64,000 nucleotides of DNA, taken from contig DASPLQ010000012.1 of the NCBI GenBank assembly GCA_035627515.1, positions 842,331 through 906,330 of the forward strand. The letters are read 5' to 3'. Within the stretch, counting starts at the first letter, position 1. Each line of letters begins with the position of its first letter. Below the pieces are notes generated by a model that worked only from the letters and a program-made list of their open reading frames with translations, had not been told where the DNA came from and did not search any database. The position numbers and the translations under genes are program-made. The stretch comes from Vitreimonas sp. (GTDB lineage: Bacteria > Patescibacteriota > Microgenomatia > UBA1400 > PJMF01). This document shows positions 18,738-27,793 of this stretch, piece after piece.

Positions 18738-21700
18738 ATGTTTTTGGGAAATAAGCTGCTCGCGTGGGTTACAAAAAACTGGGCTTTGGCATTATTAGTC
18801 TGTTTTTTGATGGCAATTTGTGTTGCTAATCTCAAACCTAGTTTTTACTTAATGGGCTGGGATAACTTTAGTGTCTCGCTCGATTTAAGACTCAATCTTC
18901 CTCGCACTTTTTTTGCTACCTGGAGAGAATACAGAGGATTTGGAGTTGCAAGTGATTCGGAAGTTGTAGACGTATTTAGACAGATGATCTTATTAGCTTT
19001 AGATCTACTTTTGCCGATTAATCTTGTGGAACAGATTTACTATTTGATGATGTTTAGTTTGGGGGGGATTGGGGCATTCCTATTAGTAAAACATGTGATT
19101 TCCAGCTCGTATGACACAGGTAGACCTCATATTATCCAAACATCCTCATTAATTGGAGCACTTTTTTATATTTCCAGTGTTAATACCCTCGATGTTTTTT
19201 ACTTACCAATTGTGATGTACATTGTCCGGTTCGCGTTATTTCCCTGGATTGTGTTTGTATTTTTATCTCTTTTATCGTCGCCTAAACTAAATAAAGGTCT
19301 TTTATTATTATTTGCCATTATTACCTTGTTTGGAACCCCAGCCTATCTCACGGCCACAATTTTTATTACGTTAATAATTTTATTAGGAACAACACTCTTT
19401 TCTTGTCCCGAAAAAATTGTGCGTTACTTTTTATTAATCAGTATTTTCTTGTTATTGAATACCTTTTGGTTGTTGCCATTTATCAATTACACAGTTAATA
19501 AATCCGATCGAATCGCACAGTCTGCTACTTTCTCACTTATCAATGAAGGTCTACTGAATCAATTTGCTGAAAGGTTCGCGCCAGGCAGAATTCTAAGTTT
19601 TTCTGCTGAAATATTTGCAGGGATGCCTTTTAGCTTTCTGGACTCTGGGAAGTTTTTTGAAATTCATGATGGGGTGCATTACACACAAATAAATAACCCC
19701 GTTCCTTATTATTTATTTTTGCCCCTGCTATTAGCTTTAGCAGGTTTAACTATATTAATTATTACTAGTGTAGTGAAAAAATCACCCAAGCTAATTTGGG
19801 TTGTACTATTATTTAGTGTCGCAACTTTTTTCCTTTTTAAAGAATACCAATCGTTAGGATTCTTATTTGATTCCTTATCACAGTATGTGCCGGTGGTAAA
19901 AATCATATTCCGTTTCGCCGGCACCAAGTTTTATATCCTCCTCACTATGGCTTTTATGTTATTAATTGCCATTACTGTTTTTTGGCTCCTTAATTTTATT
20001 CATGACTCCACTCCATCTAGTTTTAAAAAAGTATTGCAGTGGCTATTTTCAGCTTGGTTAATTGTAGCCATTTCGTGGTCAACATTTTTTTATCTACAAG
20101 GCAAGCTAACTTTTGATTTATTGTTCGTAGATCTTCCAGCTCCATATCATGAGATTGCCGAGACTATTAATAATGACCCTACTTTTGCTCGAGTTGTTCA
20201 CTTACCCTCTAATCAGCTTAATTATTGGAAAGTGTACGAATGGGGATATTATGGTTCAGCTTTTCTTAACTTCATGCTCGATAAACCATTAATTGATAAA
20301 ACCTTTTCACCCGCCAGTTTAGAAAACGATCAATTTTATTCAGCATTAGAAGACCTTAACAAAAACTTTACCAACTTAACTGCGCAGGATCAAAAAGCAA
20401 GAGCTCAGCAGGTATACAGTTTGTTTCATACTGCAGGGGTAAAGTATGTGATTAATGATGAAACTGTTGATATTAGTAATCTTACGGCCAAAAATATTAA
20501 AACCTGGGACTATTCGCAAACATTCGATATGACGCCATTGGTTATCAAGATGAAGGAAGAGGGTTTGTTGCAAGAAATTATAAAAAGAAATATTAATATT
20601 ACTGAATTTACTCAAAAATACGGGTTAATTCCAGAACAAGTAGGGCAAAATGCTCACCAGGATAGGGCTATTACTCTTTTTGCTCTTTCCAACTTTGAGA
20701 CGTCTTCAGTGAGGTCAGTGCCCAGTGTTACTAATTATGATGCCAACATGGAGAATGCACTGTTATCGTTAGCAACTGATGACGAGCAAACATTTACTCA
20801 AAACGAAAAAGCTGAAGCTGGCTATTTACCATTTTTGACTACACATAAAAACGTTACTAAGCAAAAAGATCACTGGGAATTCGGTAATCCTTCAAATACT
20901 CCACTTGAGTTTGCGTTTAATACAGCCACTGTTTCAGCAAAAAATGTCTCTGAAGCATATGATATTTTTCTGCAAAAAAATGATAAAAATTTAACAATCT
21001 TTGCCCAAAGAACCCAATTACCTTTTGAGAAGAAATTCCGCCCGGAAGCTGCTAAAGAGTTGCTAGTGGTTCCAATGACGCGGTTAAATTGGAAGCAGAT
21101 TCAAAAAGGAGCCTTTACGAATCAGTACGCAAATGATTGGCACATGTTAGGGCTGCGTCCAGTCAGTAATTATCGGTTACAAATTGGTGATTTAGTTTTG
21201 CCCATTCCTATGGACGTTTATGAACAACCCAGTTATTTAAGTACAATTCTTAGTAGCTCGGAAACCAATATTTCCATACTTGAACATGATCAGAAAGATG
21301 AAGCGGCTGCAGCTCTCAAATTAGATACTCTTGGGTTTCTGCCCGAACCTAATTGTTACCCTGATAAAAAATCTAGTTTCGAAACTAGCATTGATGCCAA
21401 TGAAAACAACTTAGTTTGGAAAACGAAAGATGGCACCAGCTGCTTATCACTTCCGCTGGGTTTTGAAGTCAACCAAGCTGATGCAGAAGGCTTCCAAAGC
21501 TATCTGGAGTTAACATTAACTACTACTCATCAAACTACTGAGAGTGAGATTGAAAACCAACAATTCTCACCTTTAAAAATTCAGCGAGCTATTCGCGGTG
21601 AAGTAGCGGATCTCCCCAACTATACAAGTCTGGAATATTGTTTTGCAGATAGTGATGACCAGCGCTGTCTTAATTATCGGCAAGCACTGAGAACTTTATC

Positions 21701-22922
21701 AAAAGAAAGTACGGTGACTATTACTAGTCAACGCACACTTAATCAACCTAATGGCTATGTCACGTTAATTTTGCCGCGTATAAACGAAGAAGAACATACT
21801 GTGAATATCTCTCAATTAGCGCTCAATACTTTTTCACCTTTAGTGACTACAAATGTGACCTTGCCCAGCGCTATTAATACTGGCACTAGACCAAAGATAA
21901 CTTCAGCATTGTCCTTGCCCTATGTGCTCTCCACCAGTTCTTATTTTTTCAATCCTCAAGTGGAGGCATTGCAGTTGCGGTTTAGAAGTAGCTGTGAACA
22001 TGGATCAGGTGACCATCGCTTACAAAGAGTGAGAATGGCCAAAGAGGGGACAAATAATTCTGTATTGAGTTATGTTGACGATTGTTATCAAAGCATTTTT
22101 ACGGTGATTCCTTTTAATCCTCATAATCTCTATTTCTTAGGTACACAGTATCATGTTTACACTGGCAATCAACCACAATGGATAGCTAGCCAGGATTATG
22201 CACTCAAACATGAATTATTGTCACGTTATGACTATTACCCAAATATGCCTAACTTCAAAACCCTGCAGCACGCAGATCGGTTTTTGAGCACGGTATCTTC
22301 GGCACGGGAAGAAGTTAAAAAAGAGCTTAATAAATATGCTTCTCTAGCCGCTTATACTACCGTCCAGCCGGTAGGAAACACCTTAACCAAAGATCAGTTC
22401 ATTGAAATTCATCACCCAGTTGGGAATCAAGGCTTGATGCAGTTGTGGGATTTGACCATTATGGCATTACCTGCAAGCTGGGGTTCAGTTAAGCTAACGC
22501 CACCTAATCCCGAACAACGCTTTGATGAAGTGCAAGTAAAAACGATTACTCGAGTTTTGCCTTCGCTGTGGAAAGCTGAGATAGAATTGCCTCGCGAATG
22601 GAAATATGGCCGAGCTTTTCTAGAATTTGGCCAGGCATATGATCAGCAATGGCAGTTTTTTGTAGCTCGTTCACCATGGCAAGTCTTTTTTAATAAAGGC
22701 CATTTGCCGGTTGAGCCTGTGAAAGTTAATGGTTGGGCTAATGGTTTTATAATTGCCAAAGAGCAGTTGCCAACCACAAATTCGTCTTTAACCGTTTACT
22801 TCTTTTATATCCCAGAAAGATTAGCAATTGTGGGCTGGATGATCACCATTACTACTGTGATGGCAGTAATTCTTTACTGTGAATGGGCAAAGCTAAAAGC
22901 TTTGTTCAGATTTAAGCGGTAG
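18738..22922 (+). CDS. Very large GT-C-like membrane protein (AftD/YfhO-like layout) with ~900-aa extracellular region
   Basis: N-terminal multi-TM region (GWD, NTFWLLP, FRF..KF); C-terminal QAYDQQW..VNGWANGF followed by a TM. Confidence 0.7.
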   Translation: MFLGNKLLAWVTKNWALALLVCFLMAICVANLKPSFYLMGWDNFSVSLDLRLNLPRTFFATWREYRGFGVASDSEVVDVFRQMILLALDLLLPINLVEQIYYLMMFSLGGIGAFLLVKHVISSSYDTGRPHIIQTSSLIGALFYISSVNTLDVFYLPIVMYIVRFALFPWIVFVFLSLLSSPKLNKGLLLLFAIITLFGTPAYLTATIFITLIILLGTTLFSCPEKIVRYFLLISIFLLLNTFWLLPFINYTVNKSDRIAQSATFSLINEGLLNQFAERFAPGRILSFSAEIFAGMPFSFLDSGKFFEIHDGVHYTQINNPVPYYLFLPLLLALAGLTILIITSVVKKSPKLIWVVLLFSVATFFLFKEYQSLGFLFDSLSQYVPVVKIIFRFAGTKFYILLTMAFMLLIAITVFWLLNFIHDSTPSSFKKVLQWLFSAWLIVAISWSTFFYLQGKLTFDLLFVDLPAPYHEIAETINNDPTFARVVHLPSNQLNYWKVYEWGYYGSAFLNFMLDKPLIDKTFSPASLENDQFYSALEDLNKNFTNLTAQDQKARAQQVYSLFHTAGVKYVINDETVDISNLTAKNIKTWDYSQTFDMTPLVIKMKEEGLLQEIIKRNINITEFTQKYGLIPEQVGQNAHQDRAITLFALSNFETSSVRSVPSVTNYDANMENALLSLATDDEQTFTQNEKAEAGYLPFLTTHKNVTKQKDHWEFGNPSNTPLEFAFNTATVSAKNVSEAYDIFLQKNDKNLTIFAQRTQLPFEKKFRPEAAKELLVVPMTRLNWKQIQKGAFTNQYANDWHMLGLRPVSNYRLQIGDLVLPIPMDVYEQPSYLSTILSSSETNISILEHDQKDEAAAALKLDTLGFLPEPNCYPDKKSSFETSIDANENNLVWKTKDGTSCLSLPLGFEVNQADAEGFQSYLELTLTTTHQTTESEIENQQFSPLKIQRAIRGEVADLPNYTSLEYCFADSDDQRCLNYRQALRTLSKESTVTITSQRTLNQPNGYVTLILPRINEEEHTVNISQLALNTFSPLVTTNVTLPSAINTGTRPKITSALSLPYVLSTSSYFFNPQVEALQLRFRSSCEHGSGDHRLQRVRMAKEGTNNSVLSYVDDCYQSIFTVIPFNPHNLYFLGTQYHVYTGNQPQWIASQDYALKHELLSRYDYYPNMPNFKTLQHADRFLSTVSSAREEVKKELNKYASLAAYTTVQPVGNTLTKDQFIEIHHPVGNQGLMQLWDLTIMALPASWGSVKLTPPNPEQRFDEVQVKTITRVLPSLWKAEIELPREWKYGRAFLEFGQAYDQQWQFFVARSPWQVFFNKGHLPVEPVKVNGWANGFIIAKEQLPTTNSSLTVYFFYIPERLAIVGWMITITTVMAVILYCEWAKLKALFRFKR

Positions 22923-23821
22923 CGAAACGTGTATTTTTTAATCGTCAACAGATTCTGTTTGAGATAACTCATGAATAAGTGGTTTTGGATCTTACGCAGG
23001 ATACGATAGACCCACCAGTTGAATTGCGCAGGGAATAATAAACCAGCTACCACTTGTGCTACCCAAAACGTTTTTTCAAACCAGGTAGGTTGCTGAATCA
23101 TCTCGGCAGCCCATTCATGGACAGCCCAGGTTTTTTGCATTTGGCGGTGATGACTCTTAATGGAACCACAATGGTCGTGCCAGCGCACTTTAGTCATGAT
23201 ACTAGGCAGATTGGCCATTTTACCGACACTGCCCAATTGATACCACATGTGAACGTCGTCTGCTGGCCAGAAGTACTGACTATAACCTTCGGTTTGTTCC
23301 CAAGCAGATTTTAAGTACATCACAGTAGGATCTGAGTAAGGACTTAAGATCATCCATTGCTTGCGGATGGCTTTATCAGTTAAAGGAAAGCGGATAATAT
23401 CAAATTTAGCTTCTGTGTTAGTAAACAACTGGATAGTACCACCGACGACCACGTGTTCAGGGTGGGTTTCTAAGAAAGCCACTTGTTTCTCTAAACGGTC
23501 TTTGACCATGATATCGTCTTGGTTGATCCGAGCAATGTATTTACCATTAGCTTTCTTAACACCAAAGTTAAGACAGCGGGTCATACCTCGGTTTTTACGG
23601 AAACCATAATAATGAATATTGGAGTATTTCTCAGCGTACTCTAAACACTTTTGGCGACTTTTATCGGTACTACCGTCATCAACTAAGATAATCTCAAAAT
23701 TCGTATAAGAACTATTTAAGACGGATTGAATAGCTTCATCTAAAAATTCAGTACCGTTATAAACAGGAATCAAAACAGACACTAACGGCTGATTAGAATT
23801 ATTGGGCAGTTTTTTACTCAT
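22874..23821 (-). CDS. GT2 glycosyltransferase
   Basis: VSVLIPVYN, VDDGSTD, YIARINQDD, RLEKQV; TTGACT-17-TATATT promoter at 23832-23860. Confidence 0.92.
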   Translation of the reverse strand: MSKKLPNNSNQPLVSVLIPVYNGTEFLDEAIQSVLNSSYTNFEIILVDDGSTDKSRQKCLEYAEKYSNIHYYGFRKNRGMTRCLNFGVKKANGKYIARINQDDIMVKDRLEKQVAFLETHPEHVVVGGTIQLFTNTEAKFDIIRFPLTDKAIRKQWMILSPYSDPTVMYLKSAWEQTEGYSQYFWPADDVHMWYQLGSVGKMANLPSIMTKVRWHDHCGSIKSHHRQMQKTWAVHEWAAEMIQQPTWFEKTFWVAQVVAGLLFPAQFNWWVYRILRKIQNHLFMSYLKQNLLTIKKYTFRYRLNLNKAFSFAHSQ

Positions 23822-23885
23822 ACAAGATCTAAATATATCATAAAATATCACTAAAGTCAATGTTATAGGACTCTTTAAGGCAAAG

Positions 23886-23915
23886 AAAAGCCCCGGGATG
23901 GTTACCGGGGCTTTT
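23886..23915 (-). terminator. Intrinsic terminator of the 23944-24750 gene
   Basis: AAAAGCCCCGG-8 nt-CCGGGGCTTTT. Confidence 0.8.
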
Positions 23916-23943
23916 GACAAGGTTATAGGTTTTTTTGGTGGCA

Positions 23944-24750
23944 CTACTGGAGTGCTACCGCCCAGAATACACCTCCTTCGCACCCACTGAATGAGCGGAG
24001 TGAAGGGTCTGGGGGCAAATCGTAATGACTTGCCGGTGACCAGATGAAAATTTGTCCCCAACCCAGGTGGTCAGCCTTGAGCGGGTAAGCAACATCTGCG
24101 GGAGTGCTAACCCGTGAAGCGTTGCTGCACCAGACCAGCCAGGTTGTCTGGAAAGGAAGGGTAAGCTCCGCCCCCTCCAAGCGGGTGGCATTTGCGACTG
24201 CCGCCTGAGTCTGGATTGCCTGTATTGCAGCAACCATTGCGTTTTGGGCTGCTTCATTGCTTCCAGCGTCCCAAACGCCTGACTGGGCTTGTCGGACGAA
24301 AATAGCTGCTAACGTGGATTGTCCGGCTGCAAGTCCACGTCCTTGTTCGTCGTATCCGAGGGCGACGATCCCTGTTGTCCCATTTGCAGCAGGGACTTCC
24401 TGCTGTGCAACTTGACCCTGTTGCGAGGGAAGAGCGGAGCCGCCGCTCATATCTGCTGCCGGTTGGTTATTCAGGGCGGCGACTGTGTTGTTACTCCCCG
24501 GAACAGGTGTGGACGCGGGGGTAGTAGCAACTGTCGGCGTAGCGTCCTTTGCTGTAATCGCTGCATAGGCTTGATCCCCCTGATCTTTAACAAAGGGAAT
24601 CATCATGAGCGTAAGCCCACAGCCCAGCAGTAACAGCGGGACGGCGCAACCGAAAAAGCAAGCGCATCCTATCAGATTATTTCCCAGCCAATAAATTGGC
24701 ATGAAGAGATAATCGAAGAATCCAAGCTCACTGTTACCTCTGTTTTCCAT
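23944..24750 (-). CDS. Hypothetical membrane-anchored protein (Cys-rich TM, Thr/Pro/Ala linker, C-terminal domain)
   Basis: 268-aa ORF, visibly GC-richer than neighbours, AGGAGG SD, own terminator. Confidence 0.8.
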   Translation of the reverse strand: MENRGNSELGFFDYLFMPIYWLGNNLIGCACFFGCAVPLLLLGCGLTLMMIPFVKDQGDQAYAAITAKDATPTVATTPASTPVPGSNNTVAALNNQPAADMSGGSALPSQQGQVAQQEVPAANGTTGIVALGYDEQGRGLAAGQSTLAAIFVRQAQSGVWDAGSNEAAQNAMVAAIQAIQTQAAVANATRLEGAELTLPFQTTWLVWCSNASRVSTPADVAYPLKADHLGWGQIFIWSPASHYDLPPDPSLRSFSGCEGGVFWAVALQ

Positions 24751-24759
24751 TAGTACCTC

Positions 24760-25130
24760 CTCACGGACTCGCTAGACCTAAATCGGCCATCGCTATCCGC
24801 ACCACAGTAAGCACAAAAAGTTATGCCCACGGTGATGCGGATAAATCCGCCAAGGAAGTTTTTTCAAACCTATATGCCTTGTTAAGGTACCCTTTATCTT
24901 TAAAGGTCAATTGGCCGAGGCCGCATGGCTTCATTGATAAAGTATCCTAGTTTTGCTGCTTCTTCATGTGTGCCGAGAAAGTGAGTCAGCGATGACTCGG
25001 TCCCGGCGGGACGTGTTTCTGCAGCGTGATATCTTTTTAGTGGGAAAATGTGAAAAAGAGATGGACGCTACAGACACAGCCTATTGCGTTTTAAAGAAGA
25101 CTTGGGCAGTCATTTTTCATCATATTTAAT
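24760..25130 (-). ncRNA. Candidate structured RNA or long 5' leader (unknown family)
   Basis: 23-bp hairpin at 24794-24843 with four G-U pairs only on the minus strand; further stems at 24973-25012 and 25013-25077; promoter upstream. Confidence 0.55.
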
Positions 25131-25137
25131 TGTAATA

Positions 25138-25166
25138 ACTTTAGCATAAAAGGCCTATAATGTCAA
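25138..25166 (-). promoter_or_regulatory. sigma70 promoter
   Basis: TTGACA-17 nt-(TGc)TAAAGT. Confidence 0.7.
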
Positions 25167-25270
25167 GTATATGGGCCTAAATTAGGTATATTGGATAAGT
25201 ATTATATCATGGTGCACTCGAGGAAAGATCCTGATGAACTCAGATTAGGCATGAGTTACAATACAGCCCT

Positions 25271-26017
25271 ATGTCTGAAAGAATTTCCCTTAAAGTTGTT
25301 AAGTACTGGTTAGTGCAGCAAGAACGCTTTAATTCTCCAGCAGCAGCCACTAAAGCTATAGAAGTTTTAATGGAGAAATATCATTCTGCAGAGACACCGT
25401 ACTTTGAGTTTGATTATCAGGCTCAGGATTGGTACGTGACACAAGTGGGACTCGAGTTTTTAGCACAAGCCAGGGATTTATCAGAGAAATCTCAGGTGGT
25501 AGTAGCGGCCATGTTAAAACTAGCCGGCACTCCCGAGATAGTAAAAAGTGATAAGAGTCCTGAAGATGGTCAAGAGAGCTTGGAAAGCAGTCTGGCCAGT
25601 ATTCCCTCGGTGTTAGAAGCCGCGGCATTATTGAAGGCTGAGTCCCAGTTACCAGTGGCGGCCACGCGTAGATTACTAAACATGCTTTTTAACGTTAATA
25701 AGGATATAGAAATGATGGACAAGGTTAAACAACTATCCGATACAGATGTGGAAAGCATTGCCCGCTACTGGACCTGGTTGATGACCGAAGCTACTCAGCT
25801 TACCAAACCACTTAAGTTCGATGAGAGAACTATTCCCGTTTTAGTAGGCTTATATGGAACTGCCCAACCACGACCATTGACAATACTTGGCAATGAATTA
25901 AATCCGCCAGCTAATCCCAATGCAGTACGGCAAATCAACCAAACCACGCTCCGTCGGTTGCTCAGCCCCGCCTTGTTATTGCCGGTGAAGGAGTTTATCA
26001 CTCGTTCCGGTCATTAA
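25271..26017 (+). CDS. Hypothetical protein with C-terminal sigma70 region-4-like HTH (paralog A)
   Basis: FDERTIPVLVGLYG..PLTILGNEL..AVRQINQTTLRRLLSP resembles the RpoD region 4 pattern. Confidence 0.7.
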   Translation: MSERISLKVVKYWLVQQERFNSPAAATKAIEVLMEKYHSAETPYFEFDYQAQDWYVTQVGLEFLAQARDLSEKSQVVVAAMLKLAGTPEIVKSDKSPEDGQESLESSLASIPSVLEAAALLKAESQLPVAATRRLLNMLFNVNKDIEMMDKVKQLSDTDVESIARYWTWLMTEATQLTKPLKFDERTIPVLVGLYGTAQPRPLTILGNELNPPANPNAVRQINQTTLRRLLSPALLLPVKEFITRSGH

Positions 26018-26438
26018 TTACATTTGTCAAAGCTTCGAGTAGATTTTGCAGGGCTTGATCACTGAGGGCCATGGTTCTGATCATGCCAGCTTTGTCAGGG
26101 TCATCCAACCAACGATACGCAACTCGGTGAAGTACCTGGAACCACCGCTGGTCTTGAGGAATATTTAAGTAAATTTGTACGAGTAAGTGCCAAAATTCCA
26201 GCTCTTCCCACTTTTCCACAATTGGTTCCCAGTTAGCTACTGACCACTCTTCACTCAGCATCAAGTATTGGTATTCATGGGGAGGAAGTAAGAGATGTTT
26301 TTGAGAAAATAGTTCAGGGGGAGGAGCAGTTCCTGCGGCTTCCTCAGCCATAATTTCCGCATTGATGAGCCTTGCTTTGGCCTGAAAGGCGAGCCAGTTA
26401 GCAGCGGACATTGAGGGTTGATCACTTTCTAAAGACAT
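25998..26438 (-). CDS. Hypothetical acidic/Trp-rich helical protein
   Basis: ORF with TACAAT 6 nt before ATG at 26438. Confidence 0.7.
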   Translation of the reverse strand: MSLESDQPSMSAANWLAFQAKARLINAEIMAEEAAGTAPPPELFSQKHLLLPPHEYQYLMLSEEWSVANWEPIVEKWEELEFWHLLVQIYLNIPQDQRWFQVLHRVAYRWLDDPDKAGMIRTMALSDQALQNLLEALTNVINDRNE

Positions 26439-26497
26439 TTGGGTATTGTAGCTCATTTTCGCTTGGTATTTACACCTCTATTATGTACAATAGCGGC

Positions 26498-27211
26498 GTG
26501 AAAGAAAAAGTATCCCTTATCAAAGTCAGAGATCATTTAGTTGCGGCTGAGGTATATAAACATACTGCTACCGCTACTGCCGGTCTCAATACGTTTAGAA
26601 GAAATCATTTGAAGCCACATGAGGGGCCAGAATCTTTTATTTGGGACAGCCCTAAACAACTATTGTTAATTGGAGAGCAGGGAAGAATCTACCTGGAGGA
26701 CTTGATCACAGAGGGTGATCCAGTGACCTGCAGTATTGCCAGTGCTCTGTTGTTGTTAGCCGAAACTGCCGAAATATCGCTGATAGAAAAACAAAAATAT
26801 ACTGCAGGAATTACTGTCCGAGAAGGTGCTACTCGCTGTGGGGTAGAGAATCCCCTATCCGAGGCTGCTACGCTATTGTTTTTAAAAGATTTATTTAGGA
26901 AGGAGCCAATTCCAACGCGCAATTTGAACAGACTAGGGCTTGAGCACTTGAGTATGCTCGGTAAATACTTAAGTTGGGTTTTTTCTGAATATAATAAATG
27001 GCCAGTCAACTTTCATGAGTGCACATTAGCCATTTTGAAATTAAGATACGAGAATGGTGCTTCGATGACTCATAAAGAAATTGCCCAAAAGATGAACAAC
27101 GGCATGGCAGATCATACTATCGGGCAGATTCTTAAGAAAACTAAGCTTAATATGCGGCAAATGCCTATTCGTGAGCCATTAATTGATTATCTTTTGTTCC
27201 CTGAGAAATAG
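26498..27211 (+). CDS. Hypothetical protein with C-terminal sigma70 region-4-like HTH (paralog B)
   Basis: ILKLRYENGASMTHKEIAQKM..TIGQILKKTKLNMR..LIDYL; aligns over its full length with 25271-26017; GTG start 6 nt after TACAAT. Confidence 0.7.
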   Translation: MKEKVSLIKVRDHLVAAEVYKHTATATAGLNTFRRNHLKPHEGPESFIWDSPKQLLLIGEQGRIYLEDLITEGDPVTCSIASALLLLAETAEISLIEKQKYTAGITVREGATRCGVENPLSEAATLLFLKDLFRKEPIPTRNLNRLGLEHLSMLGKYLSWVFSEYNKWPVNFHECTLAILKLRYENGASMTHKEIAQKMNNGMADHTIGQILKKTKLNMRQMPIREPLIDYLLFPEK

Positions 27212-27243
27212 CTGGAGTGGAGTTTACCTCCAGATACAAAACC

Positions 27244-27280
27244 GCGTCTGCCTGTTTCTTAACGAAAGCGAGGCAGACGC
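27244..27280. terminator. Hairpin between convergent genes
   Basis: GCGTCTGCCT-17 nt-AGGCAGACGC. Confidence 0.65.
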
Positions 27281-27303
27281 ATCAGTAATCTTCAAAGAAG
27301 GTC

Positions 27304-27678
27304 TTAGGCGACGCGGTTTTTGAGTTTGAGGACAGCGGCGGTTGAACCCGTCATAACTGTACCTAAGACAGTGACGATGGAATACATGTCCATACCGGTA
27401 TTAGCGGTAGTGTGCACGTAGACTAAGGTGCCGTCAGCGCGACGACGCACTTGTCTGTTTTCCATGCGTTGGTACTGTCGACCGTAAGCACTGCCTGCAG
27501 CTTCAGCAGTACAAGTACTGCTTTGGCCGTATGCGCCGGTGGTACAGTTGACTCTGACGTTGTTATCAACACGTTGTTCTTGGTTCTGTTCCATTACTTG
27601 GGCAGAAGCCAAAGAAACCATGCTGAGCGTCAAAGCAGCGGCTAAAGTGGTCGCTGTCATGAGTTTCATGATACTCAT
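27304..27678 (-). CDS. Small secreted protein with sortase-like C-terminal signal
   Basis: Signal peptide ending ASA, Cys pair, ANTG + hydrophobic stretch + KLKNR tail. Confidence 0.8.
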   Translation of the reverse strand: MSIMKLMTATTLAAALTLSMVSLASAQVMEQNQEQRVDNNVRVNCTTGAYGQSSTCTAEAAGSAYGRQYQRMENRQVRRRADGTLVYVHTTANTGMDMYSIVTVLGTVMTGSTAAVLKLKNRVA

Positions 27679-27730
27679 GGAGTCCTTTAATCCACTATGA
27701 TGTGGATATAATAATTAATAACTTCCTGGA

Positions 27731-27759
27731 ATAATACTATAAGACTATCCCAATGTCAA
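27731..27759 (-). promoter_or_regulatory. sigma70 promoter
   Basis: TTGACA-17 nt-TATTAT; AAAGGA SD downstream. Confidence 0.7.
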
Positions 27760-27793
27760 TAGTTATAGGGATGTTGAATCTGGGAGTAAAGCT

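Noticed and set aside
24751-25130. tRNA, tmRNA, SRP RNA or integron attC identity for the structured region
   Set aside because: No cloverleaf, T-loop or CCA end, no SRP GNRA helix-8 loop, and no RYYYAAC/GTTRRRY ends
25220-25231. GAGGAAAGATCC resembling the RNase P RNA GAGGAAAGUCC motif
   Set aside because: It mismatches the motif, lies only ~40 nt before a CDS, and no partner P4 strand was found
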